DNA of 64,000 bases from Escherichia coli O127:H6 str. E2348/69 (GCF_000026545.1 NC_011601.1); one strand, 5' to 3'. Positions 13,040 through 23,287 are shown, numbered from the stretch's first letter. Numbers and translations are program-made. The notes: a model not told the origin generated them from the letters alone.

Positions 13040-13636
13040 ATGAAAAAACCGAATCATTCCGGCAGCGGCCAAATCCGCATTATTGGCGGGCAGTGGCGAG
13101 GCCGTAAACTCCCGGTTCCTGATAGTCCAGGTCTGCGCCCCACCACCGACCGCGTACGCGAAACGTTGTTTAACTGGCTGGCTCCGGTCATTGTTGACGC
13201 CCAATGTCTGGATTGCTTCGCCGGGAGCGGCGCGCTGGGGCTGGAAGCGTTATCGCGCTACGCTGCGGGGGCCATGTTGATTGAGATGGATCGTGCGGTT
13301 TCTCAGCAGTTAATTAAGAATCTGGCGACACTAAAAGCAGGCAATGCACGCGTGGTGAACAGCAACGCGATGTCATTCCTGGCGCAAAAAGGCACACCGC
13401 ATAATATCGTGTTTGTCGATCCACCGTTCCGCCGTGGCTTGTTAGAAGAGACGATAAATTTACTGGAAGATAACGGCTGGCTGGCTGACGAAGCCCTGAT
13501 TTATGTCGAAAGCGAAGTCGAAAACGGTCTGCCCACTGTTCCGGCAAACTGGTCATTACATCGGGAAAAAGTGGCGGGTCAGGTGGCTTATCGGCTGTAT
13601 CAACGCGAAGCACAAGGAGAAAGTGATGCTGATTAA
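13040..13636 (+). CDS. rsmD: 16S rRNA m2G966 methyltransferase RsmD
   Basis: 198 aa; SAM-binding DCFAGSGALGLEALSR and DPPF motif. Confidence 0.93.
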   Translation: MKKPNHSGSGQIRIIGGQWRGRKLPVPDSPGLRPTTDRVRETLFNWLAPVIVDAQCLDCFAGSGALGLEALSRYAAGAMLIEMDRAVSQQLIKNLATLKAGNARVVNSNAMSFLAQKGTPHNIVFVDPPFRRGLLEETINLLEDNGWLADEALIYVESEVENGLPTVPANWSLHREKVAGQVAYRLYQREAQGESDAD

Positions 13637-13895
13637 TATTGGTCGTTTGTTAATGCTCTGTGTTTGGGGATTTTTAATCCTCAACCTGGTGCATCCCTTC
13701 CCACGCCCGCTGAATATTTTCGTTAACGTGGCGCTGATTTTTACCGTGCTGATGCATGGTATGCAGCTGGCGCTATTGAAATCCACTTTACCGAAAGATG
13801 GCCCGCAGATGACCACCGCCGAAAAGGTGCGGATTTTCCTTTTCGGCGTGTTTGAACTGCTGGTCTGGCAGAAGAAATTTAAAGTTAAAAAATAA
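13626..13895 (+). CDS. yhhL: small inner membrane protein YhhL (DUF1145)
   Basis: 89 aa from MLINIGRLLMLCVWGFLILN; start overlaps rsmD end; ORF track shows an upstream in-frame extension. Confidence 0.85.
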   Translation: MLINIGRLLMLCVWGFLILNLVHPFPRPLNIFVNVALIFTVLMHGMQLALLKSTLPKDGPQMTTAEKVRIFLFGVFELLVWQKKFKVKK

Positions 13896-13897
13896 CC

Positions 13898-14257
13898 TTA
13901 TTGTTCGCCTACAAAGCTGACAAAGCGCGTTCCTTTATAGCTCAGCGTACCTTTATCACCCACTGTCAGGGCGTGGTACTGCTGGGCGTCGAGGCGAAAC
14001 GTCTGCTCCATTCCTCCGCTTTGCGGTTTGAAGCTTGCCTCATAGCGCATACTGGTGCCTGCCGGAGTCACTTCCTGCTGGCGCGAACGGCGATCGTTAA
14101 TCGGTTTTTCCCGCTTGTTGCTCACCACCACCAGCTTTTGCTGTAGCGGTGCCATATCATTATCAGCTTTTTCCCGTCGTTGTTGCATAAAACGAAACGA
14201 TGCGGCGACGATGATTAAGCCAATGATAACAATAAAGAAAAGAGGTGGTTTACTCAT
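13898..14257 (-). CDS. yhhM: DUF2500 family protein YhhM
   Basis: 119 aa MSKPPLFFIVIIGLIIVAASF... with one N-terminal TM segment. Confidence 0.88.
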   Translation of the reverse strand: MSKPPLFFIVIIGLIIVAASFRFMQQRREKADNDMAPLQQKLVVVSNKREKPINDRRSRQQEVTPAGTSMRYEASFKPQSGGMEQTFRLDAQQYHALTVGDKGTLSYKGTRFVSFVGEQ

Positions 14258-14397
14258 CTTTATCCCTCATCGGAAAATGCGGAAATAAGCATACCCTGCC
14301 AGTTATGGTGTTGTCATCCGTCCACCCTCGCCACTAAACTGGAAGCAAGACCGTAGGCATTCCGCTTACGAAAAAATAACGAATTCAAGGAACTAAG

Positions 14398-15024
14398 ATG
14401 CTTTGGTCGTTTATCGCTGTCTGTCTTTCCGCATGGCTATCTGTGGATGCATCGTATCGTGGGCCAACCTGGCAACGCTGGGTGTTTAAACCGTTAACCC
14501 TTCTTCTCCTGCTGTTGCTGGCCTGGCAAGCGCCGATGTTCGACGCCATTAGCTATCTGGTGCTGGCGGGGCTGTGTGCCTCACTGCTGGGCGATGCGCT
14601 AACCCTGTTGCCACGTCAACGTCTGATGTACGCCATCGGCGCGTTTTTCCTCTCGCACCTGCTGTACACCATCTATTTCGCCAGTCAGATGACGCTCTCT
14701 TTCTTCTGGCCTCTGCCGTTGGTGCTGCTGGTTCTGGGCGCGCTGTTACTGGCGATTATCTGGACGCGTCTGGAAGAGTATCGTTGGCCTATCTGCACGT
14801 TTATCGGCATGACGCTGGTGATGGTGTGGCTGGCAGGTGAACTGTGGTTCTTCCGTCCGACCGCTCCGGCGCTCTCTGCGTTTGTCGGCGCTTCGTTGCT
14901 GTTTATCAGTAACTTTGTCTGGCTGGGTAGTCACTATCGCCGACGCTTCCGTGCGGACAACGCGATTGCTGCGGCCTGCTACTTTGCTGGTCACTTCCTC
15001 ATCGTCCGCTCGCTGTATCTCTGA
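14398..15024 (+). CDS. yhhN: YhhN family inner membrane protein
   Basis: 208 aa polytopic membrane protein [22 protein letters not shown]... Confidence 0.9.
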
Positions 15025-15030
15025 TAAAAC

Positions 15031-15062
15031 TTGACTCTGGAGTCGACTCTAGAGTGTATCCT
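15031..15062 (+). promoter_or_regulatory. zntA promoter with ZntR (MerR-type) operator
   Basis: TTGACT -35 followed by dyad ctctggagtcgactctagag and -10-like gtgtatcct; long spacer typical of MerR-family promoters; 36 bp upstream of zntA ATG. Confidence 0.7.
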
Positions 15063-15097
15063 TCGGTTAATGAGAAAAAACTTAACCGGAGGATGCC

Positions 15098-17296
15098 ATG
15101 TCGACTCCTGACAATCACGGCAAGAAAGCCCCTCAATTTGCTGCGTTCAAACCGCTAACTACGGTACAGAACACCAACGACTGTTGCTGCGACGGCGCAT
15201 GTTCCAGCACGCCAACTCTCTCTGAAAACGTCTCCGGCACCCGCTATAGCTGGAAAGTCAGCGGTATGGACTGCGCCGCCTGTGCGCGCAAAGTGGAAAA
15301 TGCCGTGCGCCAGCTTGCAGGCGTGAATCAGGTACAGGTGTTGTTCGCCACCGAAAAACTGGTGGTGGATGCCGACAATGACATACGGGCACAAGTTGAA
15401 TCTGCGGTGCAAAAAGCGGGCTATTCCCTGCGCGATGAACAGGCCTCCGACGAACCACAAGAATCACGCCTGAAAGAGAATCTGCCGCTGATTACGCTTA
15501 TCGTGATGATGGCAATCAGTTGGGGGCTGGAGCAGTTCAATCATCCGTTTGGTCAACTGGCGTTTATCGCGACCACGCTGGTTGGGCTGTACCCAATTGC
15601 TCGTCAGGCATTACGGCTGATCAAATCTGGCAGCTACTTCGCCATTGAAACCTTAATGAGCGTAGCCGCTATTGGTGCGCTGTTTATTGGCGCAACGGCT
15701 GAAGCTGCGATGGTGTTGCTGCTGTTTTTGATTGGCGAACGACTGGAAGGCTGGGCCGCCAGCCGCGCGCGTCAAGGGGTCAGCGCGTTAATGGCGCTGA
15801 AGCCAGAAACCGCCACGCGTCTGCGTAACGGTGAGCGTGAAGAGGTGGCAATAAACAGCCTGCGGCCTGGCGATGTGATTGAAGTTGCGGCAGGTGGGCG
15901 TTTGCCTGCCGACGGTAAACTGCTCTCACCGTTTGCCAGTTTTGATGAAAGCGCCCTGACCGGAGAATCCATTCCTGTGGAGCGCGCGACGGGCGATAAA
16001 GTTCCTGCAGGCGCCACCAGCGTAGACCGTCTGGTAACGCTGGAAGTGCTGTCAGAACCGGGTGCCAGCGCCATTGACCGGATTCTGAAACTGATTGAAG
16101 AAGCCGAAGAGCGCCGCGCACCTATTGAGCGGTTTATCGACCGTTTCAGCCGTATTTACACGCCAGCGATTATGGCCGTCGCCCTGCTGGTAACGCTGGT
16201 GCCGCCGCTGCTGTTTGCCGCCAGCTGGCAGGAGTGGATTTATAAAGGGCTGACGCTGCTGCTGATTGGTTGCCCGTGTGCTTTAGTTATCTCCACGCCC
16301 GCGGCGATTACCTCCGGGCTGGCGGCAGCAGCGCGTCGTGGGGCGTTGATTAAAGGCGGCGCGGCGCTGGAGCAGCTGGGTCGTGTTACCCAGGTGGCGT
16401 TTGATAAAACCGGTACGCTGACCGTCGGTAAACCGCGCGTTACCGCGATTCATCCGGCAACGGGTATTAGTGAATCTGAACTGCTGACACTGGCGGCGGC
16501 GGTCGAGCAAGGCGCGACGCATCCACTGGCACAGGCCATTGTGCGCGAAGCACAGGTTGCTGAACTCGCCATTCCCACCGCCCAATCACAGCGGGCGCTG
16601 GTCGGGGCTGGCATTGAAGCGCAGGTTAACGGTGAGCGCGTGTTGATATGCGCTGCCGGAAAACATCCTGCTGATGCATTTGCTGGTTTGATTAATGAAC
16701 TGGAAAGCGCCGGGCAAACGGTAGTGCTGGTAGTACGTAATGATGACGTGCTGGGTGTCATTGCGTTGCAGGATACCCTGCGCGCCGATGCTGCAACTGC
16801 TATCAGTGAACTGAACGCGCTGGGTGTCAAAGGGGTGATCCTCACCGGCGATAATCCACGCGCAGCAGCGGCAATCGCCGGGGAACTGGGGCTGGAATTT
16901 AAAGCGGGCCTCTTGCCGGAAGATAAAGTCAAAGCGGTGACCGAGCTGAATCAACATGCGCCGCTGGCGATGGTCGGTGATGGTATTAACGACGCGCCAG
17001 CGATGAAAGCTGCCGCCATCGGGATTGCAATGGGTAGCGGCACAGACGTGGCGCTGGAAACCGCCGATGCAGCATTAACCCATAACCACCTGCGCGGTCT
17101 GGTGCAAATGATTGAACTGGCACGCGCCACTCACGCCAATATCCGCCAGAACATCACTATTGCGCTGGGGCTGAAAGGCGTTTTCCTCGTCACGACGCTG
17201 TTAGGGATGACCGGACTGTGGCTGGCAGTGCTGGCAGATACCGGTGCGACGGTGCTGGTGACGGCGAATGCGTTACGGTTATTGCGCAGGAAATAA
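15098..17296 (+). CDS. zntA: Zn(II)/Cd(II)/Pb(II)-translocating P-type ATPase ZntA
   Basis: 732 aa; N-terminal metal-binding GMDCAAC, CPC transmembrane motif (GCPCALV), DKTGTLT phosphorylation site, GDGINDAP hinge. Confidence 0.97.
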   Translation: MSTPDNHGKKAPQFAAFKPLTTVQNTNDCCCDGACSSTPTLSENVSGTRYSWKVSGMDCAACARKVENAVRQLAGVNQVQVLFATEKLVVDADNDIRAQVESAVQKAGYSLRDEQASDEPQESRLKENLPLITLIVMMAISWGLEQFNHPFGQLAFIATTLVGLYPIARQALRLIKSGSYFAIETLMSVAAIGALFIGATAEAAMVLLLFLIGERLEGWAASRARQGVSALMALKPETATRLRNGEREEVAINSLRPGDVIEVAAGGRLPADGKLLSPFASFDESALTGESIPVERATGDKVPAGATSVDRLVTLEVLSEPGASAIDRILKLIEEAEERRAPIERFIDRFSRIYTPAIMAVALLVTLVPPLLFAASWQEWIYKGLTLLLIGCPCALVISTPAAITSGLAAAARRGALIKGGAALEQLGRVTQVAFDKTGTLTVGKPRVTAIHPATGISESELLTLAAAVEQGATHPLAQAIVREAQVAELAIPTAQSQRALVGAGIEAQVNGERVLICAAGKHPADAFAGLINELESAGQTVVLVVRNDDVLGVIALQDTLRADAATAISELNALGVKGVILTGDNPRAAAAIAGELGLEFKAGLLPEDKVKAVTELNQHAPLAMVGDGINDAPAMKAAAIGIAMGSGTDVALETADAALTHNHLRGLVQMIELARATHANIRQNITIALGLKGVFLVTTLLGMTGLWLAVLADTGATVLVTANALRLLRRK

Positions 17297-17324
17297 AGAG
17301 GCTATCAGTCTACGGTCCAACAAT

Positions 17325-17460
17325 GCCGGATGCGGCGTGAACATCTTATCCGGCCTACACAGAGCATCGAACTCGTAGGCATGATAAGACGCGACAGCGT
17401 CGCATCAGGCATTGTGCACCGTATCGCCAGATGCAGCTTGAACGCCTTATCCGGCCTACA
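17325..17460. repeat. BIME cluster (three REP-like palindromic units)
   Basis: gccggatgcggcgtgaacatcttatccggcctaca ... gacgcgacagcgtcgcatcaggc ... cgccttatccggcctaca. Confidence 0.8.
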
Positions 17461-17510
17461 AACCGGTTTCAAGCAGCAACATTGAGCGCGATCGGTCCCC
17501 TCGCTCCTCT

Positions 17511-19060
17511 CTGTCTCTTATACACAAATCCCCACCCGGGGATTTGTGATGTCTGTCAGTCTGCTTTAGGGGGACTCTTTCCATCCGGTAGTTTCCTTCC
17601 TCCCCGGCAGCGATTTTTTGAACTTTTTCCTCACCCGTTGATCTTCTCTTATATTTCATTTTCTTCGGGTCTGTTATGGTACTTTCTGATTGTTATTCAT
17701 GGGCTAACGAGCAGTTTGGACATGCCCGTCTCGGTGATCCGCGTCGTACACGACGCCTTGTGTCACTGGCCTCTTCTCTCGCTCAGCATGCAGGTCTTTC
17801 TATTGTGAAATCATCCCAGTCCACTGCTCAGGTTGAAGGTGCGTACCGCCTGATACGTAACCCGTCTGTGTCCCCGCAAGCCATTGCCGAAGCCGGATTT
17901 ACCGCCACTGTAAGGGCATGTGAGGCTCATCCGCTGCTCCTCGCGCTGGAAGACACCACCACCATTAACTTCAGTCACAGTACGGCATCTGATGACCTGG
18001 GGAATACCACCACTAACCCGAAGACGCGCGGGCTGCTGGCTCACTCTGTCCTGATGTACGCCCCCGACAGCGCCCTGCCAGTCGGTCTTATCGAACAGCA
18101 GCGCTGGAGTCGTGCCACGGACACCTACGGTGTTAAGCACCAGCGAAAAGAACGTCCCTATGAAGAAAAAGAAAGTTACCGCTGGCAGCAGGCTTCGGAG
18201 CGCATGGCCGAACGGCTGGGGGAGATACAGAAACGGGTAATCACTGTCTGTGACCGGGAAGCGGATATCTGGCATTACCTGCATTATAAAGTCAGCCACG
18301 GGCAGCGCTTCGTGGTGCGTGCAGCACAGAATCGCCGGCTGGAAGAAGCACCCGGCAAGCTCTTCGAACTGCCGGAAGTCCTGGCAACCGCGGGAAGCCA
18401 CACGCTGAATGTGATGCAAAAAGGCGGGCGGGCAGCCCGCCAGGCCCGGATGTTCATCAGTTACAGCGAAGTCAGCATAAAAAATCCCGACAACAGCGGC
18501 CAGGCGCTCCCGCTCACGTATGTCTGTTGCCGGGAGCAGGCAGAGGACGGCGCCTGCTGGCATCTGCTGACGTCAGAAAAAGTGGCGAGTGCCGCCGATG
18601 CGCGACGTATCGTCAGCCATTACGAGCGACGCTGGCTGATAGAGGAATACCACAAGGCGTGGAAAAGTGGTGGTACATGTGTGGAATCGCTGCGAATGCA
18701 GACCCGGGATAACCTCGAGCGCATGGTGGTTATCAAGGCGTTTATCGCGGTGCGGGTGCTGGGCCTGCGGCAGGGCGGTATCAGTGAAGAAACACAAAAT
18801 GACAGCTGTGAGAAAATACTGACGCCGACAGAGTGGAAACTGCTGTGGGTTAAGCTGGAAGGAAAACCGCTTCCGTCACAGATGCCGACACTGAAATGGG
18901 CCTGTCTGAAACTGGCGAAACTGGGGCGATGGCATGACAGCAAACGCACCGGTCGCCCCGGTTGGGTAGTCATGTGGGATGGCTGGTTCAGACTTCAGGA
19001 TATGGTTGAGGGTTACCTGGTGATGAAGTCTCTTGATCAGGAGATCTGATCAAGAGACAG
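17511..19060 (+). mobile_element. IS50-like (IS4 family) insertion sequence, apparently intact, flanked by 9-bp target-site duplication CGCTCCTCT
   Basis: Left end ctgtctcttatacacaaat (17511..17529) and right end agatctgatcaagagacag (19042..19060) are inverted repeats of each other over the terminal CTGTCTCTT and closely resemble Tn5/IS50 outside and inside ends; identical 9-mer cgctcctct at 17502..17510 and 19061..19069. Confidence 0.88.
17676..19049 (+). CDS. IS4-family (Tn5/IS50-like) DDE transposase
   Basis: 457 aa; collinear similarity to Tn5 Tnp (LGDPRRT.RLV, EGAYR.IRNP, LALEDTT, CDREADI, RFVVR, LLTSE, RRWLIEEYHKAWKSG, DNLERMV, KRTG); stop lies inside the right inverted repeat. Confidence 0.9.
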   Translation: MVLSDCYSWANEQFGHARLGDPRRTRRLVSLASSLAQHAGLSIVKSSQSTAQVEGAYRLIRNPSVSPQAIAEAGFTATVRACEAHPLLLALEDTTTINFSHSTASDDLGNTTTNPKTRGLLAHSVLMYAPDSALPVGLIEQQRWSRATDTYGVKHQRKERPYEEKESYRWQQASERMAERLGEIQKRVITVCDREADIWHYLHYKVSHGQRFVVRAAQNRRLEEAPGKLFELPEVLATAGSHTLNVMQKGGRAARQARMFISYSEVSIKNPDNSGQALPLTYVCCREQAEDGACWHLLTSEKVASAADARRIVSHYERRWLIEEYHKAWKSGGTCVESLRMQTRDNLERMVVIKAFIAVRVLGLRQGGISEETQNDSCEKILTPTEWKLLWVKLEGKPLPSQMPTLKWACLKLAKLGRWHDSKRTGRPGWVVMWDGWFRLQDMVEGYLVMKSLDQEI

Positions 19061-19123
19061 CGCTCCTCTGGGGAGAGGGTTAGGGTGAGGGGAAAAGGCG
19101 GCATCGAAGCCCATCTTCCCCCA

Positions 19124-19369
19124 TTAACCGCCTTTACGAATCAAATAACGATAAGGCAGTCCATCCGTCTCTTTAGCAACCAGTTCGTGTTCCATAAAGG
19201 TACAAAACCCAGGAATATCGCGGGTCGTCGCCGGATCGTCGGCAATAATCAACAACGTTTCGCCTGGTTGCATATTGCGCACCGTTTTACGCACCATCAT
19301 CACCGGTTCCGGGCAGCGCAAGCCAAGCGCGTCGAGTGTATGGTCAGGACTGGAAAAGAGATCGGTCAT
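19124..19369 (-). CDS. tusA: sulfurtransferase TusA (tRNA 2-thiouridine synthesis)
   Basis: 81 aa [28 protein letters not shown]... with conserved CPxP cysteine motif. Confidence 0.95.
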
Positions 19370-19589
19370 TTTCTTCTCATCACATAAAAAAACGGCGCTA
19401 GTTTACGCCCTGTGAGTCCGTAAGCAAACCAGGTTAACGATTGCGTGAAAATTAACCATTGCATTGTCAACGTAAAGCAGTATCATGCGGCGGCTCGAAA
19501 AAAGGGTCAGCACGTTATTATGTTAAGGTAACAGACGTGTCGTACGTATTGGGTTCCCTCACCCCAATGGTTAATCAAAAAGGTACAAT

Positions 19590-20255
19590 ATGAACGTTTT
19601 CTCGCAAACGCAACGCTATAAGGCGTTGTTCTGGTTATCGTTATTTCATCTGCTGGTGATCACCTCCAGTAACTATCTGGTTCAGCTTCCCGTCTCCATT
19701 TTTGGTTTCCATACCACCTGGGGCGCGTTTAGCTTTCCGTTTATCTTTCTCGCTACTGACCTGACCGTGCGTATTTTTGGCGCGCCGCTGGCTCGTCGCA
19801 TCATCTTTGCGGTAATGATCCCCGCATTGCTGATCTCCTACGTCATCTCATCGCTGTTTTATATGGGGTCATGGCAAGGATTCGGCGCGCTCGCCCACTT
19901 CAACCTGTTTGTCGCCCGTATCGCCACCGCCAGTTTCATGGCCTACGCGCTGGGGCAGATCCTCGACGTGCACGTTTTTAACCGCCTGCGTCAGAGTCGT
20001 CACTGGTGGCTGGCACCGACAGCGTCCACACTGTTCGGTAACGTCAGCGACACGCTGGCCTTCTTCTTCATTGCCTTCTGGCGTAGCCCGGATGCCTTTA
20101 TGGCTGAACACTGGATGGAAATCGCGCTGGTCGATTACTGTTTCAAAGTGTTAATCAGTATCGTTTTCTTCCTGCCAATGTATGGCGTACTACTCAATAT
20201 GCTGTTGAAAAGACTGGCAGATAAATCCGAAATCAACGCTTTGCAGGCGAGTTAA
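19590..20255 (+). CDS. yhhQ: queuosine precursor transporter YhhQ
   Basis: 221 aa polytopic membrane protein MNVFSQTQRYKALFWLSLFHLLVITSSNYLVQLP... Confidence 0.92.
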   Translation: MNVFSQTQRYKALFWLSLFHLLVITSSNYLVQLPVSIFGFHTTWGAFSFPFIFLATDLTVRIFGAPLARRIIFAVMIPALLISYVISSLFYMGSWQGFGALAHFNLFVARIATASFMAYALGQILDVHVFNRLRQSRHWWLAPTASTLFGNVSDTLAFFFIAFWRSPDAFMAEHWMEIALVDYCFKVLISIVFFLPMYGVLLNMLLKRLADKSEINALQAS

Positions 20256-20327
20256 AGGTTCGTTATCAGAGTTGTGATAAGATGGATGAATGAGCCGTTA
20301 TGGCCGTTTATCGAAAGGAAGAAGTCA

Positions 20328-20885
20328 ATGCGCAATCTGGTTAAATATGTCGGAATTGGCCTGCTGGTTATGGGGCTTGCGGCCTGTGATGATAAAGACA
20401 CTAACGCTACGGCGCAGGGTTCGGTCGCAGAAAGTAACGCGACCGGGAATCCCGTCAACCTGCTTGATGGCAAGTTAAGTTTCTCGCTGCCAGCGGATAT
20501 GACCGACCAGAGCGGTAAGCTGGGAACGCAGGCCAATAACATGCATGTCTGGTCCGACGCCACCGGGCAGAAAGCAGTCATTGTCATCATGGGCGATGAT
20601 CCGAAAGAAGATCTGGCGGTGCTGGCGAAGCGTCTGGAAGATCAGCAACGTAGCCGCGATCCGCAGCTGCAAGTGGTAACCAATAAAGCCATTGAGCTGA
20701 AAGGTCACAAAATGCAGCAGTTAGACAGCATTATCTCCGCGAAAGGCCAGACGGCGTACTCTTCCGTTATTCTGGGTAACGTGGGTAATCAACTGCTAAC
20801 CATGCAAATTACGCTGCCCGCTGACAATCAGCAAAAAGCACAGACCACCGCAGAAAACATCATTAATACGCTGGTTATTCAGTAA
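20328..20885 (+). CDS. dcrB: periplasmic lipoprotein DcrB
   Basis: 185 aa from [22 protein letters not shown] (lipobox LAAC); ORF track start is an upstream GTG extension. Confidence 0.9.
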   Translation: MRNLVKYVGIGLLVMGLAACDDKDTNATAQGSVAESNATGNPVNLLDGKLSFSLPADMTDQSGKLGTQANNMHVWSDATGQKAVIVIMGDDPKEDLAVLAKRLEDQQRSRDPQLQVVTNKAIELKGHKMQQLDSIISAKGQTAYSSVILGNVGNQLLTMQITLPADNQQKAQTTAENIINTLVIQ

Positions 20886-20888
20886 GTT

Positions 20889-22106
20889 TTAAGATGATGA
20901 GGCGGCCTCAGGTATTTCCACCGGGGGCCGTTTTTTTAATCGCCACGTCAGTAATAACGCGATTGCGACCAGTCCCGCCGCCGCCAGATAAATCACCGGG
21001 ACGCCCGCCCAACTCATCACCAGCCCAGCCAGTGGTCCGGTCACGCCAAGCGATAAATCCATAAATACGGTGTAAGTTGCCAGCGCCGCCCCCTGATTTT
21101 GCTGCGGAACCGCTTTTACCGCCACTACGCCCAATGCCGGGAACACCAGCGAAAACCCCGCCCCCGCGAGTAAGACGCCGATTTTCGCCATCCACGGCAT
21201 AGTCGCCACGCCAACCAGTAGCAGGCCGATTATCTCAACGCTAAAGCAAATCATCGCCACATTTAAGCCGCCGATCCGGTTAATGCCGTTAGGAAATAAC
21301 AAACGCGTACCGACAAACGCACAGCTAAACAGCGTCAGCGCGAAAGCCGCACCGTCCCAACCTTTAGCGTCATAAAACAGCGTGATAAAGGTGGCGATAA
21401 CGCCAAATCCGGCGGAAGCCAGTGCCAGCGCCATACCGTACAGCCAGACGCGCCCAAGCACCGCACGAAACGGCAGCGGTTTGCCTTTACTGGCTTTTAC
21501 CGTCGGACGCGGGATCGCCAACAAAATGGCCACCAGCGCCACGCCCATAATGATTAACGCTAACGCCTGCAATCCGCCCCAGTGATAAAACACGACACCT
21601 AACGGCGCACCCATCGCCATCGCCCCGTAAGTGACAATACCGTTCCACGAAATCACCCGCCCGATATGTAGCGAACCAACCACGCCAACACCCCACAGGG
21701 TCGATCCCGTTCCGGCAAAACTTTGTCCAATCCCAAGGATTACGCGCCCAAGGCACAGTAATAACAGGCTGATGACGGGCAGACTGGCGGTTAATCCTGC
21801 CGTCAGATATCCCAAACCGCTCAAAAAGCAGCCGCATAAACCGAAGACGACAATCTTTTTGGGTCCCAGCAAATCGGCGTAACGTCCGGCATGAGGACGG
21901 CTCAGCAAGGTGGCAAAATATTGCAGGCTGATAACCAACCCTGCCCAGAAGGCACTAAATCCCATTACATCATGGACATAGCCCGGTAATACAGCGAGCG
22001 GCAACCCGATGGTAAGGTAGCTGGCGAAGTTAAACATGACAATGGAGACAATGCGCAAATTCAGGCGCAATCCGTTTAGCGCGGGTTCGGCTACGGGTTC
22101 GGGCAT
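20889..22106 (-). CDS. yhhS: MFS transporter YhhS
   Basis: 405 aa from MPEPVAEPALNGLRLNLRIVSIVMFNF...; 12-TM MFS topology. Confidence 0.9.
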   Translation of the reverse strand: MPEPVAEPALNGLRLNLRIVSIVMFNFASYLTIGLPLAVLPGYVHDVMGFSAFWAGLVISLQYFATLLSRPHAGRYADLLGPKKIVVFGLCGCFLSGLGYLTAGLTASLPVISLLLLCLGRVILGIGQSFAGTGSTLWGVGVVGSLHIGRVISWNGIVTYGAMAMGAPLGVVFYHWGGLQALALIIMGVALVAILLAIPRPTVKASKGKPLPFRAVLGRVWLYGMALALASAGFGVIATFITLFYDAKGWDGAAFALTLFSCAFVGTRLLFPNGINRIGGLNVAMICFSVEIIGLLLVGVATMPWMAKIGVLLAGAGFSLVFPALGVVAVKAVPQQNQGAALATYTVFMDLSLGVTGPLAGLVMSWAGVPVIYLAAAGLVAIALLLTWRLKKRPPVEIPEAASSS

Positions 22107-22237
22107 GAGGATCACCACATTTTTACAACAGTGTTTCATTTTTACCATGTGCTGACGTGAAAATCAGCAGTAAGAATCAGAATATTGCTGGCGTGACTCC
22201 CGCTACACTTAATACAAAAAGTCACAAGGAAGCCCCA

Positions 22238-23287
22238 ATGGAAACCCCTCAACCCGATAAAACGGGCATGCACATTCTGCTCAAGTTGGCCTCGCTGGTA
22301 GTGATCCTCGCGGGCATTCACGCAGCGGCAGATATCATTGTGCAGCTATTACTGGCGCTGTTTTTTGCCATCGTTCTCAACCCGCTCGTCACCTGGTTTA
22401 TTCGTCGGGGAGTACAACGCCCCGTTGCCATTACGATTGTGGTTGTGGTGATGCTGATCGCACTCACCGCGCTGGTCGGCGTACTGGCGGCATCGTTTAA
22501 CGAATTTATCTCTATGCTGCCGAAGTTTAATAAGGAGCTGACGCGCAAACTTTTTAAATTGCAGGAGATGTTGCCTTTTCTTAATTTGCATATGTCGCCG
22601 GAGCGAATACTACAGCGGATGGACTCGGAAAAAGTGGTTACCTTCACCACGGCGCTAATGACCGGGCTTTCCGGGGCAATGGCGAGCGTGCTTTTGCTGG
22701 TGATGACCGTAGTTTTTATGCTGTTTGAAGTGCGCCACGTCCCTTACAAAATGCGTTTCGCGTTGAATAATCCACAGATTCACATCGCCGGACTACACCG
22801 CGCACTTAAAGGCGTTTCGCATTATCTGGCGTTAAAGACGCTACTCAGTTTATGGACAGGCGTAATCGTCTGGCTGGGGCTGGAGCTGATGGGGGTGCAG
22901 TTTGCGCTGATGTGGGCAGTACTGGCGTTTTTGCTCAACTACGTGCCCAACATCGGTGCGGTAATTTCCGCCGTACCGCCAATGATTCAGGTGCTGCTGT
23001 TTAATGGTATTTACGAATGTATTCTGGTCGGCGCATTGTTTTTAGTGGTCCATATGGTCATCGGCAATATTTTAGAACCACGGATGATGGGCCATCGCCT
23101 GGGGATGTCCACCATGGTGGTATTTCTTTCATTGTTAATTTGGGGATGGCTGCTCGGCCCGGTAGGGATGCTACTTTCGGTGCCATTAACCAGCGTGTGT
23201 AAAATCTGGATGGAAACCACCAAAGGCGGCAGCAAACTGGCGATTCTACTGGGGCCAGGCAGACCGAAAAGTCGGTTACCGGGATGA
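22238..23287 (+). CDS. yhhT: AI-2E/PerM family transporter YhhT
   Basis: 349 aa from METPQPDKTGMHILLKLASLVVILAG...; start chosen by homology, ORF track has a longer upstream frame. Confidence 0.88.
   Translation: METPQPDKTGMHILLKLASLVVILAGIHAAADIIVQLLLALFFAIVLNPLVTWFIRRGVQRPVAITIVVVVMLIALTALVGVLAASFNEFISMLPKFNKELTRKLFKLQEMLPFLNLHMSPERILQRMDSEKVVTFTTALMTGLSGAMASVLLLVMTVVFMLFEVRHVPYKMRFALNNPQIHIAGLHRALKGVSHYLALKTLLSLWTGVIVWLGLELMGVQFALMWAVLAFLLNYVPNIGAVISAVPPMIQVLLFNGIYECILVGALFLVVHMVIGNILEPRMMGHRLGMSTMVVFLSLLIWGWLLGPVGMLLSVPLTSVCKIWMETTKGGSKLAILLGPGRPKSRLPG

Noticed and set aside
15155-16932. Several minus-strand ORFs (69-160 aa) within zntA
   Set aside because: Antisense to the P-type ATPase gene; Ala/Ser/Pro/Arg-rich translations typical of GC-rich antisense frames
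17811-18563. 250-aa minus-strand ORF inside the IS element
   Set aside because: Antisense to the transposase in a high-GC region; no domain resemblance; typical shadow ORF
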